From contig JBGAML010000006.1 in assembly GCA_044223005.1 (NCBI GenBank), positions 195,827 through 259,826 on the forward strand: a DNA stretch of 64,000 bases, in the 5' to 3' direction. The stretch comes from Candidatus Eiseniibacteriota bacterium (GTDB taxonomy: Bacteria > Eisenbacteria > RBG-16-71-46). Positions 63,101 through 64,000 of this stretch are shown piece after piece. Under the pieces are notes generated by a model. It saw only the letters and a list, made by a program, of their open reading frames with translations. It searched no databases and was not told the DNA's origin. Position numbers and translations under genes: made by a program. Numbering within the stretch: the first letter of the stretch is position 1; every line of letters begins with the position of its first letter.

Positions 63101-64000
63101 AACACGTACACGTTGACGGCGACGGCGGGCCCGGGCGGCAGCATCGCGCCGGCCGGCACGACGACGGTCAACTACGGGGACTCGCAGACCTACACGATCA
63201 CGCCGGACGCGGGCTACCACATCGCCGACGTGAAGGTGGACGGCGTGTCGGTGGGCACGGGGGCCAGCTACACCTTCAGCAGCGTGTCGGCGAACCACAC
63301 GATCGACGCGACGTTCGCGATCAACACGTACACGTTGACCGCGACGGCGGGCTCGGGCGGCAGCATCGCGCCGACGGGCACGACGACGGTCAACTACGGT
63401 GACTCGCAGGCGTACACGATCACGCCGGATGCGGGCTACCACATCCTCGACGTGAAGGTGGACGGCGTGTCGGTGGGTACGGGTGCCAGCTACACGTTCA
63501 GCAGCGTGTCGGCGAACCACACGATCGACGCGACGTTCGCGATCAACACGTACACGATCGTGGCGAGCGCCGGTGCCAACGGCAGCATCGCGCCGGCGGG
63601 TACGACGACGGTCGACCACGGTGACTCGCAGAGCTACACGATCACCCCGGCGACTGGCTACCACGTCGCGGACGTTCTCGTGGACGGCGTGTCGGTGGGG
63701 GCGGTGACGAGCTACGACTTCACGAGTGTCTCGGCGAACCACACGATCGACGCGACGTTCGCGATCAACACCTACACGCTGACCGCGACGGCGGGCTCGG
63801 GTGGCAGCATCGCGCCGGCCGGCACGACGACGGTGAACTACGGTGATTCGCAGACGTACACGGTGACGCCGGACGCGGGCTACCACATCGCCGACGTGAA
63901 GGTCGACGGGGTGAGCCAGGGCGTGATCGGGACGTACACGTTCAGCAGTGTCTCGGCGAACCACACGATCGACGCGACGTTCGCGATCAACACGTACACG
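57131..64000 (+). CDS. Giant secreted/surface repeat protein (>2290 aa, 3'-truncated), adhesin-like, with InlB-B-repeat/Flg_new-like Ig repeats
   Basis: Absent from the ORF track because no stop lies in the window. SD GGGAGG, ATG 57131, signal peptide MSPRRTPAARVSAFVAFVLLLTFGLTGAAWA, Thr/Ser/Gly/Asn-rich. The frame stays open in all segments read and ends in frame at ...FAINTYT. Confidence 0.92.
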   Translation, partial: MSPRRTPAARVSAFVAFVLLLTFGLTGAAWAANLLADDFTGTGNLTANGWTAHSGAGTNPWTINTNYLQYPGFFGSEVGNTAGNSSTSGEDVNKGFTAQTSGNVYVAFMVNLATATQTPDYFVHLGTTSGSGIGSTYAKVWCSTDVGGTNHSFGLSKFASSATASTGFVYPRLTTYLIVLKYTFVAGSQNDVVSLWINPAIGGTEPTPTLTVTEATQADASALASICLRQGSNTPSGRIDGVRVGTTWADAVVPATQYRSVASGDWNSTSTWQSSTDAGTTWSAAAAYPLYTDGAVTVRSPNTVAVPNLGTLYANELTIESGATVSVVSGMTFILKDGPGTEATVNGTLATSASVLNQGTMSIPGTFRIDQGGWGGNTGTWTYTSTGQLVFNNSSGSYGIAASDVFWPTNPTNLNVNVLGAGGLTLNSTRTVPGTFQTSAGVTNANNLTLNGTCQINAGGFLVGSPTYGGSSTLKYNTGGTYGRGSEWAAGASEPANVQVGGNTTLNYPNGGGSFAHTISGNLTVDSGSALYMDYGSPGTGVGTLTVGGDFSMAGNVSLGNASGGDLHVGGNFTRTGAAAFQPNGRSVEFTGTTGKSITGATGFDYLTVSNTGGLALNSDVTVNNQLALGANKVTTGANKVTLASAAALTRSSGYVVGNLARTIATGSSSPTFDIGDASSYTPVSLALNNVTAGGTLTASTTTGAQPNHGTSTLSATKKVNRYWTLSNSGVVPTSYDATFNYVSGDVAGGANTANLLVGKYDGSNWSYPAVGTRTSTSTQATGLTSFSDFVLAESGSLTITASAGANGSISPSGAVSVASGGSQSFTITPSTGYHVADVLVDGVSVGAVNSYDFTNVTVNHTISASFAINTYTLTYTAGANGSISGTSPQTVNYNGSGSAVTAVPATGYHFVDWSDASTANPRTDSNVTGDVTVTANFAINTYTLTYTAGANGSISGTSPQTVNYDANGSAVTAVPATGYHFVDWSDASTANPRTDTNVTGDVTVTANFAINTYALTVDATNGSVAKNPDQASYTHGSTVDLTATPDANYHFTGWSGDATGSANPLTVTMDAAKNITANFAIDTHALTVNATNGSVGKSPDQASYAHGSTVDLSATPDAGYHFTGWSGDASGSANPLTVTMDAAKTITANFAINTYALTVNATNGSVAKSPDQASYDHGTSVQLTATPDAGYTFTSWSGDASGSANPLTVTMDAAKTITANFTLNTYTITASAGANGTISPNGASTVNYGGSLAYTITPSSGYHVADVLVDGSSVGAQTSYTFTNVQAGHTIAASFAIDTYTLTASAGAHGSISPNGATTVNSGGSQTYTITPDANYGVADVLVDGSSVGPVTSYTFSNVLANHTIAASFTSSYSPAAVDAVSPAGTLSSATTSLSVPVNLSRSYNNAIRAFSVTVQLSSNLSLTGGTAGITEGSLLNGNGGTTSFHVTDLGSNTYKVDGALLGLPCDVTALTGNFFNVAVGSSAASGTGTVTVTASDLRDCDNGMLPSAAGTTASVAIDNEAPVAAVTSPNGGEFWVAGSSHAITWTATDNSAVASVDIAYSTDGGATYPNVVATAIANSGSYAWTVPSTLSTTARVRVTAHDDHGNSGSDASDADFTIGQWIVTASAGANGSITPSGSVGVNDGASQAFTITPAAHYHVADVLVDGVSAGTVGSYTFTNVHANHTIAASFAIDTYTITATAGSGGSIAPAGTSTVNYDGSLAYTITPNTGFHIADVKVDGVSQGAIGSYTFSNVSANHTIDATFAINTYALTATAGSGGSIAPTGTTTVNYGDSQTYTVTPDAGYHIADLKVDGVSQGAIGTYTFSNVSANHTIDATFAINTYTLTATAGSGGSIAPAGTTTVNYGDTQSYTITPATGYHVADVLVDGVSVGAVTSYDFTSVAANHTIDATFAINTYTLTATAGSGGSIAPAGTTSVNYGDSQAYTITPSAGYHILDVKVDGVSVGTGASYTFSGVSANHTIGATFAINTYTLTATAGPGGSIAPAGTTTVNYGDSQTYTITPDAGYHIADVKVDGVSVGTGASYTFSSVSANHTIDATFAINTYTLTATAGSGGSIAPTGTTTVNYGDSQAYTITPDAGYHILDVKVDGVSVGTGASYTFSSVSANHTIDATFAINTYTIVASAGANGSIAPAGTTTVDHGDSQSYTITPATGYHVADVLVDGVSVGAVTSYDFTSVSANHTIDATFAINTYTLTATAGSGGSIAPAGTTTVNYGDSQTYTVTPDAGYHIADVKVDGVSQGVIGTYTFSSVSANHTIDATFAINTYT
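59522..61252 (+). repeat. Intragenic tandem domain repeats, block 1: A(222 bp)-B-B-C-C-C(213 bp each)-A-A
   Basis: Unit ends (FAINT-like) recur at 59732, 59945, 60158, 60371, 60584, 60797, 61019 and 61241. Confidence 0.88.
61997..63994 (+). repeat. Intragenic tandem repeats, block 2: nine 222-bp (74-aa) units continuing past the window edge
   Basis: Units start at 61997, 62219, 62441, 62663, 62885, 63107, 63329, 63551 and 63773. Consensus YTLTATAGSGGSIAPAGTTTVNYGDSQxYTITPDAGYHIADVKVDGVSxGxxxSYTFSxVSANHTIDATFAINT. Confidence 0.93.

Noticed and set aside
59183..63964. 1593-aa minus-strand ORF with Arg/Val-rich repeats
   Set aside because: It is the antisense shadow of the plus-strand giant repeat gene, which has the SD, signal peptide and sensible domain sequence.
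61997..63994. Regular repeats considered as a CRISPR array or DGR template/variable repeats
   Set aside because: The units are 222-bp in-frame coding repeats with no spacers. Differences are not adenine-specific, and no cas or reverse-transcriptase gene is in the window.

Overview
High-GC bacterial chromosomal window, mostly housekeeping genes. The mix of FlgD-Ig/T9SS-like C-terminal domains, a fused ccoNO and an EF-G2 suggests a diderm of the FCB-related candidate lineages (e.g. Eisenbacteria); that placement is inference only. In order, the window holds: a partial outer-membrane barrel, sppA, a monoheme cytochrome c, EF-G2, ruvCAB-queA, an acyl-CoA carboxylase beta subunit, a processive GT2, a REC-HD-GYP regulator, yqeY, mtgA, two large secreted kelch-type proteins, crt/hbd/thiolase, leuA-like and leuB, proC, apgM, tRNA-Leu(TAG)-tig-clpP-clpX-[HNH]-lon, an aminotransferase-serA pair, purA, a complete cbb3 oxidase operon, and the first 2,290 codons of a giant repeat surface protein that the ORF track misses. 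The three most interesting observations are: (1) a DUF222-like/HNH nuclease interrupting clpX-lon that ends in a domain resembling the RuvB-binding domain III of RuvA, with a structured upstream region and an internal AT-rich palindrome; (2) a terminator/antiterminator/anti-SD architecture in the leader of the giant surface-protein gene; (3) a stand-alone, cargo-less FlgD-Ig/CTD-like gene with its own candidate promoter and 11-bp direct repeats. All calls come from reading motifs by eye; no searches or folding programs were run.
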